This document shows, piece by piece, positions 19,892 through 29,694 of a stretch of 64,000 nt of DNA. The stretch lies in assembly GCA_041690395.1 (NCBI GenBank), contig JAWLHJ010000006.1, positions 102,530 through 166,529 on the forward strand, given 5' to 3'. The stretch comes from Longimicrobiales bacterium (GTDB lineage: Bacteria; Gemmatimonadota; Gemmatimonadetes; Longimicrobiales; Gaopeijiaceae). Made by a program: the position numbers and the translations under genes. How positions within the stretch are numbered: position 1 is the first letter of the stretch; every line of letters begins with the position of its first letter. The notes under the pieces are model-generated. The model had not been told where the DNA came from. It worked only from the letters and a program-made list of their open reading frames with translations, and did not search any database.

Positions 19892-21463
19892 GTGTCCGAC
19901 GAGCTACTCCGCGCGCTGATCACCATCGGCTTCGGCGCGCTCGCCGGCGGGTTGACCAACACGGTCGCCATCTGGATGCTCTTCCACCCCTATGAGCCTC
20001 CCAAGCTCTTCGGGCGATGGCGGCTCTCGTTCCTCCAGGGCGCCATCCCCAAGAGCCAGACCCGCCTCGCGGCCGCGATCGGACGTACCGTCGGCAATCG
20101 ACTTCTGACCCCCGAGGACCTCACCCGCACTTTCGCCAACCCGGAATTCCGGGACGCGTTCGACAGCCGCCTGGCCAGCTTCCTGGACGAGGTGCTGCAC
20201 AGGGAGAGGGGGTCGCTCCGGGAGATGCTGCCGGAGCACGTCGCCAAGGACCTCGAAGGCATCCTCCTGGACGCCGTCGCGCACGGCACGACCCAGCTCC
20301 GGGGATATCTCGATTCGCCGGCGTTCGAGGAGTTCGTGCGTGGCCGCACCGATCGCCTCGTGGCACACGTGGCCGACCAGCCCGTGGGGGGCATCCTCAC
20401 CCCCGCGCGCGGAGCCGCAGTCGAGGCGGCCGCGGAGGACTGGCTCGAAGGCATGGTCGAGAGCGCCGACTTCCAGGCCGCGGTCGACGACTACCTGGCC
20501 CGCGGAGCCGAGAAGCTGCTGCGCCCGGACCGGACCTTCGAGGACATCCTGCCGCTCGGGCTGGTCGGAGCCGTGGAGCGCGCGATCGCCAGCTATCTGC
20601 CGCTCGCCGCGGAGCGGTTGGGCGGGCTTCTGGAGGACCCGCAGGCCCGGGCGAAGTTCGAGTCCACCATCCATGAATTGCTCCACCGCTTCCTCCGCGA
20701 CCTGAAGTTCCACCAACGCGTGGTCGCCCGACTCGTCGTCAACGAAGACACGGTCGACCGCGTGCTCGACACGATCGAGGCGGAGGGCGCGCAGCGCCTG
20801 TCCGAGATCCTACGGGATGCCGCGGTGCAGTCCGCCATCGCGCGAGGCGTGAACGAGGCCATCGTCGACCTGCTGCGGCGGCCCGTGGCCGACGTGCTGG
20901 GGCGGGCGGACGAGGAAAGCGTCGTCGATGCCCGCGCCACCCTCGCCGGCTGGGTCGTGGACATGGCCCGCGACGAGGAGACTCGTGTCTTCCTGGTCGA
21001 GAAGCTGCGCGCGGGAATCGATCGCGCGGGAGCGAAGACCTGGGGCGAAGTGCTGGAACGAATTCCCCCGGAGCGCGTCTCCTCGGCGCTCGTCGCGGCG
21101 GCACGTACGGACACCGCGGCACGCGTCGCGTCGTCGGCCGCCGAGCGGATCGTGCGCGATCTGCTCGACCGACCCATCGGAGTACCGTCGCGCTGGCTTC
21201 CTCCGGAGGCGCCCCAGCGTATCGAGGCCGCGATCGGGGATCCGCTGTGGGCCTGGCTCCAGACGCAGGTGCCTGCCGTGGTCGAGCGAATCGACGTCGC
21301 GCGCAGGGTCGAGGAGAAGGTGCTCCACTTCCCGACCCCGAAGATGGAAGAGCTCGTCCGGAAGGTGACGAACCGCGAACTGAAGATGATCGTGAAGCTC
21401 GGCTACGTCCTGGGCGCGCTCATCGGCGGGGCCCTGGTCGGGGTCGACGCGGTGCTCGACTGA
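19892..21463 (+). CDS. DUF445 family membrane protein
   Basis: GALAGGLTNTVAIWMLFHP...QGAIPK at the N-terminus and ELKMIVKLGYVLGALIG at the C-terminus. Confidence 0.88.
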   Translation: MSDELLRALITIGFGALAGGLTNTVAIWMLFHPYEPPKLFGRWRLSFLQGAIPKSQTRLAAAIGRTVGNRLLTPEDLTRTFANPEFRDAFDSRLASFLDEVLHRERGSLREMLPEHVAKDLEGILLDAVAHGTTQLRGYLDSPAFEEFVRGRTDRLVAHVADQPVGGILTPARGAAVEAAAEDWLEGMVESADFQAAVDDYLARGAEKLLRPDRTFEDILPLGLVGAVERAIASYLPLAAERLGGLLEDPQARAKFESTIHELLHRFLRDLKFHQRVVARLVVNEDTVDRVLDTIEAEGAQRLSEILRDAAVQSAIARGVNEAIVDLLRRPVADVLGRADEESVVDARATLAGWVVDMARDEETRVFLVEKLRAGIDRAGAKTWGEVLERIPPERVSSALVAAARTDTAARVASSAAERIVRDLLDRPIGVPSRWLPPEAPQRIEAAIGDPLWAWLQTQVPAVVERIDVARRVEEKVLHFPTPKMEELVRKVTNRELKMIVKLGYVLGALIGGALVGVDAVLD

Positions 21464-21499
21464 GGTCGCGCACGTCGGGACGCCGTCCGCGAGCGAGTG

Positions 21500-21763
21500 C
21501 TAACGGTCGTCCGGCGATTCCAGCTTGAAGCCCCGGCGCTGGCCGCCGGTCCTGCGCCCGCTCCGCTCGGAGCGCACGTTCACCTTGCGCTGCAGCCACG
21601 CCAGCGGCGTGAAGGCGCGCTTGGTCTTCCTGCGCCGACGCCCGCCCTCGGCCATGATCTTCTCGATGTCCTCGGGCGTCTGATCGTACCGTCCCGGGAG
21701 CCCGAGCCAGATCCCGAACCCGAGCGCGAGAATACCGCCCACGACGTAGAGAAAGAGCGTCAC
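21500..21763 (-). CDS. Small single-pass membrane protein with basic tail
   Basis: N-terminal TM segment; GTGA overlap with the upstream small ORF. Confidence 0.65.
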   Translation of the reverse strand: MTLFLYVVGGILALGFGIWLGLPGRYDQTPEDIEKIMAEGGRRRRKTKRAFTPLAWLQRKVNVRSERSGRRTGGQRRGFKLESPDDR

Positions 21764-21909
21764 TTCTTCGTGACGGTCTCGAACGTGAGGAGGCCGAGCC
21801 CGATGGAAAGGATGATCGCGACGGCGTTGGTGCCTACCGCCACCAAGGCGATCACGGTCCAGAAGATCAGGTGCGTGAAGACGTAGCCGCCGGGTATCAG
21901 GTCGAGCAT
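21760..21909 (-). CDS. 49-aa hydrophobic small membrane protein
   Basis: MLDLIPGGYVFTHLIFWTVIALVAVGTNAVAIILSIGLGLLTFETVTKK; GC-rich third positions; coupled to the next ORF. Confidence 0.6.
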   Translation of the reverse strand: MLDLIPGGYVFTHLIFWTVIALVAVGTNAVAIILSIGLGLLTFETVTKK

Positions 21910-21997
21910 CGTCGAGACTCTTCGTGAAGGGTTCGTGTCGAGGGAAATATGCCCGCGCGGGACGGCCCTGTCACCCCCGCCCGCGGCCGGAGGCACC

Positions 21998-23701
21998 TCA
22001 GACCTCGAGCGCGCCGATCCGCCGCGCGCCGGCCCGGAGCGGCAGCCAGATCGCCAGCGCCGTCAGCAGCCCGGCCCCGGTGACCCCGAGCACGAGCGGG
22101 AGGACCGATACGGCGGCGCCCTCCCCCTCGAGGCTCCCGCTGAGGTACAGGTACACCGGCCACCCTTCGAGGACGACTACCCCCCCGAGATAGATCACCG
22201 CGGACATCATGAAGAGGAGGCCCCCGAACGACGTCGGGATCTCCGCCACGTTCTCCGTATCGTAGTTCGGATACAGCGCGCCGATCCCCAGGGCGAGGGC
22301 GGTCAACGCGAAGGTGATGCCGACCATGGACGCCGTCGTGAGGGCCAGGATGAGCGGCGACGCCTGGAGCACGACGTTCGTCACTACGATGAGCGGTAGC
22401 GCCACGACCAGTAGCGGTATCGTGCCCACCCAGTACTTCGACCAGAAGAGGGAACGTACGTCGAGAGGAGACGAGCGGAGCAGCCACATCATCCGTCCCT
22501 CCACGGACATGGCCGGGAAGACGAAGCGCGCCGCGATCGCGGCCACCACGAAGCCGGCCAGCCCCAGGTTCAGGAACGACACGACGTTGATGAGCAGGAA
22601 GGACACGCGCTCGCCCGTGTACAGCGGGAGCGCGCCGATGTTGTAGACGTACACGACGACGAGGACCGCGAGCAGGATGAGCTGCGACCACTGCGTCGTG
22701 TCGCGGAAGAACGTGCGAATCTCCTTGACCACCACGCCGCGGGTGCTCGGGCGCAGCGGGGCCATCCAACGCTCCAGGCGCTCCGAGCGCTCACGTCCCT
22801 CCCTGCGCTCGGCCCCCTCCTGAGCCCTCGAGAACCCGTCGAGGTAGTGGCGGCGATGCAGCCAGGCCCCGATCACGAAGAAGGCGGCGGCCGTGGTCCA
22901 GAGGAACGCGAACGGGAACCAGTCGAAGAAGCCGTTCAGGTAGGACATCAGCGCGTCGGCCGCCCATTCGCTCGGCAACCAGGGCGACGTCGGAGTGCGG
23001 AGCACCGCCACGAAGTCGACCAGGTCGCGGAACTCCTCGGGCCTCATGAGGCGCTCCGGGCGCAGGAAGCGGAAGAGCGCCACGACGCCGGCCGCGGCGA
23101 GCAGCCCGATGAGCGCGAGCAGGTCCCGGGTGCGGCGGGCCGGGAAGATGTTGACCAGCACGAGGGTCGTGGCGCTTCCGATCACGGCGGGGATCACCAG
23201 GAACGGAACGAGCGTCGAAGCCGCCAGCAGGTAGTAGCCCGGATCGGCGCCGTACACGACCCCGTAGGCGCCCAGGAGCGGAATCGCGAGGAGCGCCACC
23301 ATCCACGACGAGTCCACGATCGTCTCGCCCAGCCGCGCCGCATAGACCGTGACGGGATCCACCGGCGCGGCCACGACCAGCTCGAGGTCTTCCGAAAGGA
23401 AGAAGGTGGACAGCGCGGTGATGACGTTCGACAGCACCAGGATCATCAGGAACGTCACGAAGGCGAGCCCGAGCAGCTTCGCCGAGAGGATGTCGCCGAT
23501 GCCCTGGGTGCCCCGGAAGTACAGGAGCATCCGGAAGATGACCCCGAAGATCAGCCCCCAGAAGAAGACGCCGACCGTGCCGAGCAGGAACGCCTTGAAC
23601 ATCCGGCCCTCGCCACTCCGCGCGCGGTTGATCTTGATCCGGATCTTCGGTCGGAGCAGCCAGGAGAGTCCCGCCGGACGCCGATCGGCGATCCCGTTCA
23701 A
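21998..23701 (-). CDS. Putative multi-TM ABC transporter permease
   Basis: Many TM segments, FFLSEDLELVVAAP, KEIRTFFRDTTQWSQL, SVEGRMMWLLRSSP; TTG start overlapping the ATPase stop. Confidence 0.85.
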   Translation of the reverse strand: MNGIADRRPAGLSWLLRPKIRIKINRARSGEGRMFKAFLLGTVGVFFWGLIFGVIFRMLLYFRGTQGIGDILSAKLLGLAFVTFLMILVLSNVITALSTFFLSEDLELVVAAPVDPVTVYAARLGETIVDSSWMVALLAIPLLGAYGVVYGADPGYYLLAASTLVPFLVIPAVIGSATTLVLVNIFPARRTRDLLALIGLLAAAGVVALFRFLRPERLMRPEEFRDLVDFVAVLRTPTSPWLPSEWAADALMSYLNGFFDWFPFAFLWTTAAAFFVIGAWLHRRHYLDGFSRAQEGAERREGRERSERLERWMAPLRPSTRGVVVKEIRTFFRDTTQWSQLILLAVLVVVYVYNIGALPLYTGERVSFLLINVVSFLNLGLAGFVVAAIAARFVFPAMSVEGRMMWLLRSSPLDVRSLFWSKYWVGTIPLLVVALPLIVVTNVVLQASPLILALTTASMVGITFALTALALGIGALYPNYDTENVAEIPTSFGGLLFMMSAVIYLGGVVVLEGWPVYLYLSGSLEGEGAAVSVLPLVLGVTGAGLLTALAIWLPLRAGARRIGALEV

Positions 23702-24489
23702 AGGGCCTCCCTGAGGGACGCGATCACGTCCGCCATCACGTCGCCCCCGGTCACCTTGAGGAAGATCTCCTCGAGGTGCGCGCCGCCCGCGTGGGCCTGG
23801 GCGCGCAGGTCCTCCATGGTCCCCGACGCGATGATCTCTCCGCCCTGGATGATCGAGATGCGGTCGCAGAGTGCCTCGGCCACTTCGAGCGTGTGCGTCG
23901 ACAGGAAGACCGTCCCGCCCTCGTCGACGAAGGTCTGGAGCAGGTCCTTGAGGAGCTTCGCCGACCGGGGGTCGAGGCCGACCATCGGCTCGTCGACGAC
24001 GATGAGCTCGGGTTGGTGGATGAGCGCCGACGCGATCAGCACCTTCTGCCGCATGCCGTGCGAGTAGCTCTCGATGAGCTCGTCGCGCCACTCGGTGAGC
24101 CCGAAGAGCTCGAGGAGACGCTCCGCGCGGCGGTCCGCCTCCACTCCGTCCTTCCCCCAGAGGCCCGCCACGAACCGCAGGAACTCACCACCGGACAGCT
24201 TCTCGTAGAGGTACGGGCGATCGGGGATGTAGCCGACCTTCGACTTGGCGGCCTCGGGCTCGAGCGCCATGTCGAGGCCTCCGACGAGCACCTGGCCGGC
24301 GGTCGGCCGCAGCACGCCCGCCACCATGCGGATGGTGGTGGTCTTCCCGGCGCCGTTGGGACCCAGAAAGCCGAAGATCTCGCCTCGCTCCGCGCGCAGG
24401 TCGATCCCCTTCACGGCCTCGAACGAGCCGTACCGCTTCACGACGCCGCGGAGCTCGAGCATCGGGCTCCCCTCCGGCACGGCCGTCAC
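23698..24489 (-). CDS. ABC transporter ATP-binding protein
   Basis: GPNGAGKTT, YSHGMRQK, VDEPMVGLDP, STH. Confidence 0.93.
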   Translation of the reverse strand: MTAVPEGSPMLELRGVVKRYGSFEAVKGIDLRAERGEIFGFLGPNGAGKTTTIRMVAGVLRPTAGQVLVGGLDMALEPEAAKSKVGYIPDRPYLYEKLSGGEFLRFVAGLWGKDGVEADRRAERLLELFGLTEWRDELIESYSHGMRQKVLIASALIHQPELIVVDEPMVGLDPRSAKLLKDLLQTFVDEGGTVFLSTHTLEVAEALCDRISIIQGGEIIASGTMEDLRAQAHAGGAHLEEIFLKVTGGDVMADVIASLREAL

Positions 24490-26036
24490 TCGGCGACCAC
24501 CCGGTCGAGGACCTCGATGTCCAGATTCCCGATGAGCCGGACGATCTCCACCTGCTGCGCGAGGCCGCCCGTGACGAAGCGGATGTGTGACGCGTCGGCC
24601 GGGTACTGACCGAACGTCGGGTCGACCGCCACCCATTCCCCGAGCCACACCTCGGGCCACGCGTGGTAGAAGAACGCCCCGTTCACGAACACCAACCCCA
24701 CCGCGGTGCGGGCCGGGAGACCCAGCGCGCGCGCCATCGCGACATACAGCACCGTGTGCTCGTTGCAGTCCCCCTGCAGGGTCTCCAGCACCTGGACGGC
24801 ATTCGGCATCGAGAACGTGATGCGCTTCTCGAGCATTCCGTAGACCGACTGGGTGAGCTGGCGGGCGACCTGAGCCGGCTCCTGCGTCCACGACGCACGG
24901 CTGGCGGTAACCTGACGCGCGCGGGCGATGATGCGCGGGTCGTCGCTCTGGATCAGCGGCTCGGGCTCGAGCGCCTCACGAAGGTCCATGCGCTTGTAGG
25001 GGAGCATGTAGCCCGCCTCGAGCACGGCGGGATCCTCTCGGCGCACGATGAGCGTGTCCCCGCGTAGCGTCTGCCGTCCCCCGTCGAGCTCGAAGCCGCT
25101 CAGATCGACGCCGCTGAGGCGGAAGCGGAGCTCCTCGTACTCCTGGGCGTCCGACAGGTCGACGTTGCTCTGGACGGCGGTCGAGAGGATCACGTCGTCG
25201 TCCACCGGAGATCCTCCGACCAGGCGGGACTCCTCCTGAGACTGGCGGGCCAGCTCGTACTCCGTCTTCTCCATGGAGAAGCCCAGCGGACTGGACGCCC
25301 GCAGAATGCGCCCGTCCTCATCTACCCAGCTCTCCACCTGGATGCCCCCGAACACTTCGGCGATCCGCCAGGCCGGGACGGTGTCGGCGCCCGCGGGTAT
25401 CCACCGGCCGGTCGCGTCGTCGACCACGACCGAGTCCGTGACGACGAGCGTGTCGTACTCCATGACCCGGACCTCGACCGTTCTCGACGACAACGACGTG
25501 GGATCGAAGACCGGCATGCGGACGGTGTTCCCCACCTCGAGCTCGCCGCCCATGGCCACGCGGATCGGCACGACGTTGGCGAACACGGGGGGCTGCGCGA
25601 GCCGGTAGCTCAGCTCCTGACGGCTGCCCGCCGATTCCACCGTGACCGCCAGCGTCGTGTCGGCGCCGAGCGTACCCTCCGCCCGGAAGCGGCCGACCTC
25701 GCTGTCGAGCGTGAACGCGAAGCTGCGCATGACCAGCGAGCGGTCGAGCTCGACGTTCGTGCGCGACACCGCCGTCCCGGTCTGCCCGAGCGCCGGAAGC
25801 TCGAGCATCATCACGTCCTCGAGCGCGAAGCCGTCCGGAAGCGTGTCGAGGCGGGAGGTCGCCTGCCCCACCGCGCGGCTTCCCATGGTGAGGGTGTAGA
25901 AGCTGACACCCGGGGCCAGCCCCAATGCCGCTTCGGCCAGCTGCGCCAGCTCCGGCTGGAAGTACTCACGGCGCACCTGCCACCCGACCATCACGAGCCA
26001 GGCGAGCAGGACGAGCGGCCCGACGATACGTCTCAC
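24486..26036 (-). CDS. Membrane-anchored transglutaminase-like protein
   Basis: N-terminal TM; C-terminal GDCNEH...YHAWPEVW...VDPTFGQ (Cys-His-Asp triad). Confidence 0.88.
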   Translation of the reverse strand: MRRIVGPLVLLAWLVMVGWQVRREYFQPELAQLAEAALGLAPGVSFYTLTMGSRAVGQATSRLDTLPDGFALEDVMMLELPALGQTGTAVSRTNVELDRSLVMRSFAFTLDSEVGRFRAEGTLGADTTLAVTVESAGSRQELSYRLAQPPVFANVVPIRVAMGGELEVGNTVRMPVFDPTSLSSRTVEVRVMEYDTLVVTDSVVVDDATGRWIPAGADTVPAWRIAEVFGGIQVESWVDEDGRILRASSPLGFSMEKTEYELARQSQEESRLVGGSPVDDDVILSTAVQSNVDLSDAQEYEELRFRLSGVDLSGFELDGGRQTLRGDTLIVRREDPAVLEAGYMLPYKRMDLREALEPEPLIQSDDPRIIARARQVTASRASWTQEPAQVARQLTQSVYGMLEKRITFSMPNAVQVLETLQGDCNEHTVLYVAMARALGLPARTAVGLVFVNGAFFYHAWPEVWLGEWVAVDPTFGQYPADASHIRFVTGGLAQQVEIVRLIGNLDIEVLDRVVAE

Positions 26037-26238
26037 GTTTCGGTCTCCGTTGACGCGGCCGGACCCGTGGGGCACTACCTGGGTCGGCCATGGAGCACGC
26101 GCCCGTCACGACGCGCGCTTGGGTCGCTGGGGGGAGGGCGACGGCGAACGCTGCTCTACAAGTCTCGGACCGCTCGGTTCCGGACGGAAGGGCCGTGTTC
26201 GGGTCGAGCCTCGTGCACGCCGGCCCGGAAGGATGCCC

Positions 26239-26736
26239 TCAGTCTGGATGGAGAAGCCGCTCGAGAAGCTCCCGCTCGTAGTCGGAGGTCACGACCAGGA
26301 CGATCTCGAGCGGCGGCACGCCGGCTCGCACGTGCTCGGTGAGCACCTCCACGAGCCCGCGCGCCTCCTCCTCCGGATCCATGCTCCCGGCGCCAAGCCC
26401 CATGGGGGGCATCGCGAGCGAGCCGAGCTCCCAGTCGGCGGCACGGGCGAGGCCGTTACGGAGGGCCCGTTCCACGGACTGCCGGCTCTGCGGCTCGTCC
26501 GCGGCCATGACCACCGCGTGGATGATGAACGACGCCGAGAGGTCGCCTCCGGGTGTCAGGACCGCGCCCCCCACCGGAACCTGTCCGGTCGAGGCGAGTC
26601 GCTCCTCGACGGCCACTCCCGCACGGAGGCCGACGTCCCGGGACGCGGGTGTCACCGGCGCCAGGTCCGACCGGATGGGGCGGAGCACCGCGTCCACGGC
26701 CTGATCCGCGAGCGCGCCCACGACCACCCGGATCAC
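26239..26736 (-). CDS. Macro domain-like protein (degenerate)
   Basis: IRVVVG...VDAV, VGGAVLTPGGDL...FIIHAV, SLAMPPMGLG. Confidence 0.75.
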   Translation of the reverse strand: MIRVVVGALADQAVDAVLRPIRSDLAPVTPASRDVGLRAGVAVEERLASTGQVPVGGAVLTPGGDLSASFIIHAVVMAADEPQSRQSVERALRNGLARAADWELGSLAMPPMGLGAGSMDPEEEARGLVEVLTEHVRAGVPPLEIVLVVTSDYERELLERLLHPD

Positions 26737-27488
26737 GGGTTCTGCAGCGAGCGGGCGCGTCGGTACATCGCCGCGGCATCCACCGGCTCGTGCCGACGGT
26801 CGTGCAGGTGTCCGAGCGTATAGAAGACCCGAGGATCGTCCGGCAGGAGCTCGGCCGCGCGCTTGAGCACCATGAACGCTTCGTCGTAGCGACCCAGCCG
26901 GTTCAGCGACTCCCCCCGGTAGTAATGCGCCGGCCCGTGATCAGGCTCCCGCTCGCAGGCCCACCGGAGCTCGGGCTCGGCCTGGGCGTACATCCCCCGG
27001 CGGAAGTGCAGGATTCCGAGCGCCGCCCGGACCTCGGGGTGGTCCGGGGCGATCCGCTGCGCGCGCCGGAGGACCGGCTCGGCCTCATGGAAGCGGGCCT
27101 GAGACGCCAGGCTGGTTCCGAGGTTGGTCAGCACGTCGACGTTATCCGGGTCGAGGCGCTCGGCGGCCTGCAGCTGTTGGGTCGCCTCGGAATGCCGTCC
27201 GAGCTCGTCGTAGAGCACGCCCAGATTGTGCCGCGCCTTCAGGTTCGCCGGGTCGCTCTCCAGGATCTCGACGTAGAGGGCCACCGCGTCGCGAATCCGT
27301 CCTGCCGCGACCAGTTCCTTGGCCGCTCCGAGCCGCTCGTCCTCGGGACGCCCGGCGGGAGGCGTGTCGGCGGGGGCGTCGACCGGCGCGTCGTCCGGGG
27401 CATCGGCACTCGCCTCACCCGCGTCCACTGCGGGGAGGTCACCCGTCTCGTCGGCGGGCGTCTCGGGAGTGGAGTCCGCGGCGCTCAT
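26733..27488 (-). CDS. TPR repeat protein
   Basis: Repeated ARHNLGVLY / LTNLGTSL / ALGILH / YTLGHLH helices after an acidic low-complexity N-terminus. Confidence 0.85.
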   Translation of the reverse strand: MSAADSTPETPADETGDLPAVDAGEASADAPDDAPVDAPADTPPAGRPEDERLGAAKELVAAGRIRDAVALYVEILESDPANLKARHNLGVLYDELGRHSEATQQLQAAERLDPDNVDVLTNLGTSLASQARFHEAEPVLRRAQRIAPDHPEVRAALGILHFRRGMYAQAEPELRWACEREPDHGPAHYYRGESLNRLGRYDEAFMVLKRAAELLPDDPRVFYTLGHLHDRRHEPVDAAAMYRRARSLQNP

Positions 27489-27826
27489 GCCGCCCCTCCG
27501 ACCGAGCCGAGGACCCAGTCGAGATACTCCCGCGATCCATCCCGCACGTCCAACGCCAGAACTTCGGGCGTGTCGTAGGGATGGAGCTCGACCACCCGCC
27601 TCCGCAGCGACTCGCAGCCCCGTGTCGACGTCTTGATCACCAACAGTACCTCCGCATCGGTCTCGACTTCTCCCTCCCACCGGTAGATCGACTTGATGGC
27701 CGGCACGACGTTGACGCACGCGGCGAGCCGCTCCTCGACGAGCGCCCGGCCCAACCGCTCGGCCGTGTCGCCGTCGGGGGCGGTCACGAGGACGACCGAA
27801 ACCTCCGAGTCACGCATCAGTCGCAT
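27485..27826 (-). CDS. cutA: Divalent-cation tolerance protein CutA
   Basis: LVEERLAACVN, SIYRWEG, HPYDTPE. Confidence 0.92.
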   Translation of the reverse strand: MRLMRDSEVSVVLVTAPDGDTAERLGRALVEERLAACVNVVPAIKSIYRWEGEVETDAEVLLVIKTSTRGCESLRRRVVELHPYDTPEVLALDVRDGSREYLDWVLGSVGGAA

Positions 27827-29651
27827 CCGCCGGCTCCACCTCGTAGAGCCCGTCGATGACCTCCTCCATGCGCTCCTGGATCTCCCTCCGCTTCACCTTG
27901 AGCGTCGGCGTCAGAAAGCCGTTCTCCACCGTGAGCTCCTCGGGGAGCAACGCCAGCTTCTTCGGCCGCTCGTACGACGCCAGATCGTCCAGCGCGCCGA
28001 GCGTCTCGCGCTCCATGTGCGCCACGACGTCGGGGTGCCGCACGAGCTCCTCGCGACCGTTCCAGCTCAGTCCCTTCTGCTTCGCCCATTCCTCGAGCGC
28101 AGCGAAGTCCGGCACGACCAGGAGCGACGGGTACTTCCGCCGGTCGCCGACGATGACCGCCTGCTCGACGAGCCTGTGCGTCTTGAGACGGTTCTCGATG
28201 GGCTGCGGCGCGATGTTCTTGCCACCGGCCGTGACGATGATGTCCTTCTTCCGGTCCGTGATCGAGAGGAAGCCGTCGTCGTCGATCTCACCGATGTCGC
28301 CAGTGGCGAACCAACCGTCCTCGTCGATGACGTCGCGGGTCGCCTCGGGATCGTCGAAGTACCCCTTCATGACCTGAGGTCCCCGGATGAGGATCTCACC
28401 GTCGTCGGCGATCCGGATCTCGGTACTCGCGAGGGGCTTCCCGACCGTCCCGATCCGGAAGTCCTCCTGGGTGTTCACGTTGGTCACCGGGCTGGTCTCC
28501 GTGAGACCGTAACCTTCGAGGATCGTGAGCCCGATCGAGTAGAAGAACCGGTTCAGCGCCGGCGCGAGCGGCCCGCCCCCGCTCACGAAGAAGCGGATCC
28601 GTCCACCGACCGCGGCCTTCACCTTGCGGAACACCAACTTGTCGGCAAGCCGGTACTGGAGACCGAGTAGGCCGGTCGGCCGACGTCCGGCCAGCCGGTC
28701 GTCCGCCACCCGGTCCGCCACGCCCGAGGCCCACCCGACGAGCATCTTCTTGATGCCGCGGGACGCCATGATCCCGTTGTAGATCTTCTCGTAGATGCGA
28801 GGGACGGACACGACCACGGTCGGCCGAATGACCTTGAGGTCGTCGACGAGCGTGTGGATGTCGCGGGGATACGCGATGCGGCATCCGACCCACATGAAGA
28901 GGTAGTCGCACATGCGCTGGAGGATATGCGACAACGGGAGGAAGCTGACCGTGTTGTCCGCCTCCGACACCTCGAGCGCCATGCGGCTGGCCCGCACGTT
29001 CGACGCGATGTTGTTGTGGGTCAGCATGACCCCCTTCGGCTTCCCCGTCGTCCCCGATGTGTAGAGGATGGTGGCGACGTCCCCGGGCTCCACCGAGAGC
29101 GCCCGCTCCCTGAACTCCTCGTCGGTCCACGCCTGCTCCCGCTCGCGACCCCGCTCGAGGAAGTCGGGCCAGGCCACCACGCCTTCGGGCTCGGAAGCGT
29201 CGGGGTCGAAGGCCACCACGGTGACGTCCTGCGGGCATCCGGCGGCGGCCTCGAGGGCCTTGTCGACCTGCTCCCTCGACGACGCAAAGACGACGCGAGC
29301 CCCCGAGTTCTCCAGGAGATAGGTGATCTGGCTCGCCGTCAGCGTCGGGTAGATCGGGACCGGGATCACCGCGGCGCAAAGGCACCCGTAGTCCACGAAG
29401 GCCCACTCGGGCCGGTTCTCCGCCAGGATCGCCACCCGCTCGCCGCGCTCGATACCCGATTCGTCGAGGGACGCCACGACGCTCCGCACGATCGACAGCG
29501 CCTCGTCGAAGGAGATGTCTTCGAGGACCCCCTCCGCCGGCATGCGCTGGAAGGCCACGAGCCCGGCGTGGCGGTCGACCGACTCGAAGAAGAGCTCGGT
29601 GAGGGTCGACTCGGGGACGGGCGTATCGTTCGAAGCCGAGGTGCGCGTCAT
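27810..29651 (-). CDS. Long-chain fatty acid-CoA ligase (AMP-binding)
   Basis: YTSGTTGKPKG, EGYGLTET, TGDIG, DRKKD, TPTLKVKR. Confidence 0.92.
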   Translation of the reverse strand: MTRTSASNDTPVPESTLTELFFESVDRHAGLVAFQRMPAEGVLEDISFDEALSIVRSVVASLDESGIERGERVAILAENRPEWAFVDYGCLCAAVIPVPIYPTLTASQITYLLENSGARVVFASSREQVDKALEAAAGCPQDVTVVAFDPDASEPEGVVAWPDFLERGREREQAWTDEEFRERALSVEPGDVATILYTSGTTGKPKGVMLTHNNIASNVRASRMALEVSEADNTVSFLPLSHILQRMCDYLFMWVGCRIAYPRDIHTLVDDLKVIRPTVVVSVPRIYEKIYNGIMASRGIKKMLVGWASGVADRVADDRLAGRRPTGLLGLQYRLADKLVFRKVKAAVGGRIRFFVSGGGPLAPALNRFFYSIGLTILEGYGLTETSPVTNVNTQEDFRIGTVGKPLASTEIRIADDGEILIRGPQVMKGYFDDPEATRDVIDEDGWFATGDIGEIDDDGFLSITDRKKDIIVTAGGKNIAPQPIENRLKTHRLVEQAVIVGDRRKYPSLLVVPDFAALEEWAKQKGLSWNGREELVRHPDVVAHMERETLGALDDLASYERPKKLALLPEELTVENGFLTPTLKVKRREIQERMEEVIDGLYEVEPADATDA

Positions 29652-29694
29652 CGGGTGCCTGGTCGGGTCAGGTGGAGGAGCACGCGGGACCGCG

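Noticed and set aside
26239..26736. Macrodomain as part of an anti-phage system (DarTG/Thoeris-like)
   Set aside because: No ADP-ribosyltransferase, SIR2 or TIR partner nearby; housekeeping context.
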